From contig CM035357.1 in assembly GCA_020137815.1 (NCBI GenBank), forward strand, positions 2,542,001 through 2,606,000: a stretch of 64,000 nt of DNA, in the 5' to 3' direction. Within the stretch, counting starts at the first letter, position 1. Each line of letters begins with the position of its first letter. This document shows positions 60,966-64,000 of the stretch, piece by piece. The notes under the pieces are model-generated. The model had not been told where the DNA came from. It did not search any database and saw only the letters and a program-made list of their open reading frames with translations. Made by a program: the position numbers and the translations under genes. The stretch is from Hormiphora californensis (lineage: Eukaryota > Animalia > Ctenophora).

Positions 60966-63900
60966 GGGGGGAAAAAAAAAAAAAAAAGCGAGAAAGGGAA
61001 AAACCCGTCCTTTCCCTCTCCTTTTTAATTTTTTTGAAAATTTTCCCTTTTTCCCAGCTTTTTCCCCTAATAAAATTCCATTGGGGAAAAAAAGGGGGGG
61101 GGGAAAAGGGAAGGGGGGAAAAGGGGAAAAGGAGAGAGGAGAAGGAAAGAGAGAGACGAAAGGGGGGAAGGGAGGGGAAAATTTAAAGAAATTTTTTTTT
61201 TTTTTTTTTATCAAAACAAAAAGGACCCTTAGCCCAGGGAAGGAATGGGGAGAGAAAAGGGAAAAGAAAAGATAGAAAAGAGAAGAAGGAGAAAAGAAAA
61301 AAGAGAGAAAAAGAGGGAGAAAATGAAGAGGGAGGAAAATAAAAAAGAAGAAAAATCACTACCCGATAGGGGGAATGTTGGTTTTTGTAGAAGGGTGGGG
61401 GGGGGAAAAGGGGAAAAGGAAGAAAAGAGGGTGAGGGGGGGAAAAAATTTTAATAGGAAAAAGAGGTAATTGAATGGAAAAGTTGTGGGGGCTGGGAAAA
61501 ATTTAATTAAGGGAACAACATTTTTTTTTTTTCTTCTTTACTTTCTCTTTTTTTTCTTTCTCTTTCTCCCCTTCTCTCTCTCTCCTTCTCTCTCCCCCCC
61601 CTTCTAATTAAACCATAGATAGCAAAAGTGTTGCATTTGGAAATTTGAGAAGGCATCATCATACTCAAAAAAAGTAACATCGTCAAGGTTTATAGATAAC
61701 TGGCTATTTTTTTCCCCCTACTGTATGATTTTACCCCCATCTCCCTTCTTCTCACATGTTTTCCTCAGTGCTCCTTTAGTACCTAGTGAAAGTAAACGGG
61801 GGGAAGGGGGGAGTAGATGGTGAGAAGTGGAAAAGGTGAAAATTGGGAAAGATGAAGGGTGAGGGGGGAAGGAAAAAAAGGGGAGCGAGGGGGGGGACCC
61901 GGGGGATTATAGTAGGGTCGGGGGTAAGTAGGAAAAAGAAATTTGAAAATTTACAGGGAATGGTGAGGAGGAGAGAGGGTGAGAGAGAGAAAGTGAGAGA
62001 GAAAGTGAGGATGGCCCCCCTGGTTTTCAGGGACGCTACTCTATGGTTTTCCTCACCATAGTAAACCCCTCCCGTTTGTCATAACCAAAGTTAGTTCACA
62101 GTTATACACGTGTGGCCGGGGATGGGAACCAAGAAAATTAGGGCAACAAGTGGTGCGGGATAGCTGCGGGATAAACGGATTGGCACCCTTTCCACACCCC
62201 TTCTTTGGGGCCCCTAAAAGGTACCAGAACCCCCCCCCCTGGCCTCTTTTCCCAGGGGGAGGGGTGTGGGGAAAAACCCTTGTGAAAATAGGCTTCTCTC
62301 TCTTTCTTCTCTTTCTCTTCTTTTCTCTCTCTCTCTCTTCCCCGCAATCTTTTATCGAAATGTTTTAAAAAGGAGAGGCGGGGTGATCTTTGGGGCACCC
62401 ATACACACAGTAAACCCAAAGGGATATTATATACCCGGCAAATCTGTATTTGGCTCAATTAATAGGGGGGGGGGGGAGTGAAGGGAGAGGGGAGAGGAGA
62501 GAGAGGAAAGGAGGGGGCCCAAAAGGGGAGAGAGAGAAGAGGAGATTGGTGATTACGAGACACATTTTCATGAAATGTGATTTGGGGGAATCCTGGCAGA
62601 TCAACTGGACTCAGCTTACAAAATTCCAGAAAAATATTTTAGTCAGAAGAGAAAAAAGTCACCAAAGGTTTCAAACGTTTCAAAGAGACAGTTTTTTTCT
62701 TTCCGATATAAGGTTTTAAAAAGGGGATTTTTTATGACCCTTTTTTCCCCTTCCAGGGTCCGGCCCCAAAAACGGTCAAATCATTTTTAACCCCCCCCTT
62801 CCCCCCCCCATATCAATCTCGATCCCCACACAAAATTAAACAATTTATTATTTTGAAGCCCGTGAAGAAAAATAAAATTTTCCAGAGGGGGGCGGTGCGA
62901 GGGGGAAGGTAATTGAGAACATATCCTTTTATTTTAAAGAGAATATATTTTTCTGCCATTATGGACGTAAATTTGATTCAAAAAAAACGAAAGCAAAACC
63001 TTTTTGGCCCAATTTTTGAGATTTTTAAAAAAAAAAAGAAGGAGGGGACCCCAGGGGGGGGGGAAAGAAAAAAGGGGGGAAAAAAGGGGGGAAAAAAAAG
63101 GGGGAAAAAAAAAAAAAAAGGGGAGGGAAGGGAAAGGGAAAAAAAAAACCCCCGGGAAAAAAAAAACGGTTTTTCTTCTTTTTCCTTCCCCTTTTTCCCA
63201 CCACAAATATCCCCTAAAGGAAAGGGGGACGGGGTTGGGGGTTAAATTTTAAAATTTTCCCAAGACCCCCCCCAGATGTGAAAAGCCCCCGAAACTAACT
63301 TGATAGAAAGGTGACCCATGAAGACCCAAAAATTAAAAGGACAAAGTTATAAAAGCCAAAAAAAAAGAATTGCCCCACACAGTCATTCATTTGAAAGCAG
63401 GGGGGGGGGGTGTCTTGCAAAAAAAAAAAAAAAAAAAAAAAAAACCCCCTTCTTATCTTTTGATTGAACTAGTACTATCTCCTCACCCATTGCATGTCAA
63501 ATCACCCCAATTGATTTACACCATACGGGGATCCCATGATGGAAAAGAGTGTTTTTATTTTCCCCCGTTGTTCAGATGAAAAATGATATTTTGAGAAAAG
63601 AAAGGAGAGAGGAATCGTCTTTTTTAAAAAAATTAGTTTGGTCCTTTAGCCATTCCTGGAGAGAGATAATTTAAACCTGCGCCACACTAAAATTAACCCA
63701 ACGTCGTTGTGTTCGTAATGAGAATAATTGAATACAGTCACTACTTCCACAAACTACACACACTGAGAATGAAATATGGAATGATCCATAAACTTCATGC
63801 TTCATTCATTCTGACTATATTTGTTCCATGGAGTATGAATTGTTGTCGGGGTGGCCGCGGGGTGATCGTCGGAAGATAGGGGCGGTAGATCGAAGTCATG

Positions 63901-64000
63901 CAATTTATCCTACGGAAAATGTTCCGTTCGACGTTTTTTTTATTCTTCCTGTCTATAATTCCACCTTATTCTTCCTAAAAGTTAAAACACTATCCCCCTC

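Noticed and set aside
60966-63700. Lys/Gly/Phe-rich ORFs and G-quadruplex-like runs
   Set aside because: Homopolymer-inflated low-quality sequence next to an assembly gap.

Overview
Intron-rich, repeat-dense animal genomic DNA. It is most likely a ctenophore such as Pleurobrachia; this is an inference from recalled repeat families and gene content, not a database match. Five host genes can be read from the sequence: integrin alpha (-, runs off the left edge), novel PKC delta/theta-type (-), an intronless UNC-93-like MFS gene (+), RCC1 (+) and a five-thyroglobulin-repeat type I membrane protein (+). Three further genes are nested antisense in their introns: an LDLa-rich LGR/GRL101-like GPCR interrupted by a 700-bp-period element, and two paralogous secreted lectin genes that share a terminal hairpin. 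Introns and intergenic DNA carry at least six 0.8-4 kb foldback elements with different TSD classes, nested transposon stacks, MITEs and LINE/Gypsy remnants. The most unusual signals are: (1) lectin genes that look mobilised as cassettes with a Helentron-like end; (2) a foldback whose arms carry convergent 5S rRNA internal promoters; (3) a retrozyme/Penelope-like partial-tandem element in the GPCR; (4) a 38-bp direct repeat bracketing the nested GPCR block; (5) repeated tandem amplification of splice acceptors. Sequence after the N gap (~60.9 kb) is low quality. Exon coordinates were read by eye and may be off by a few bases.
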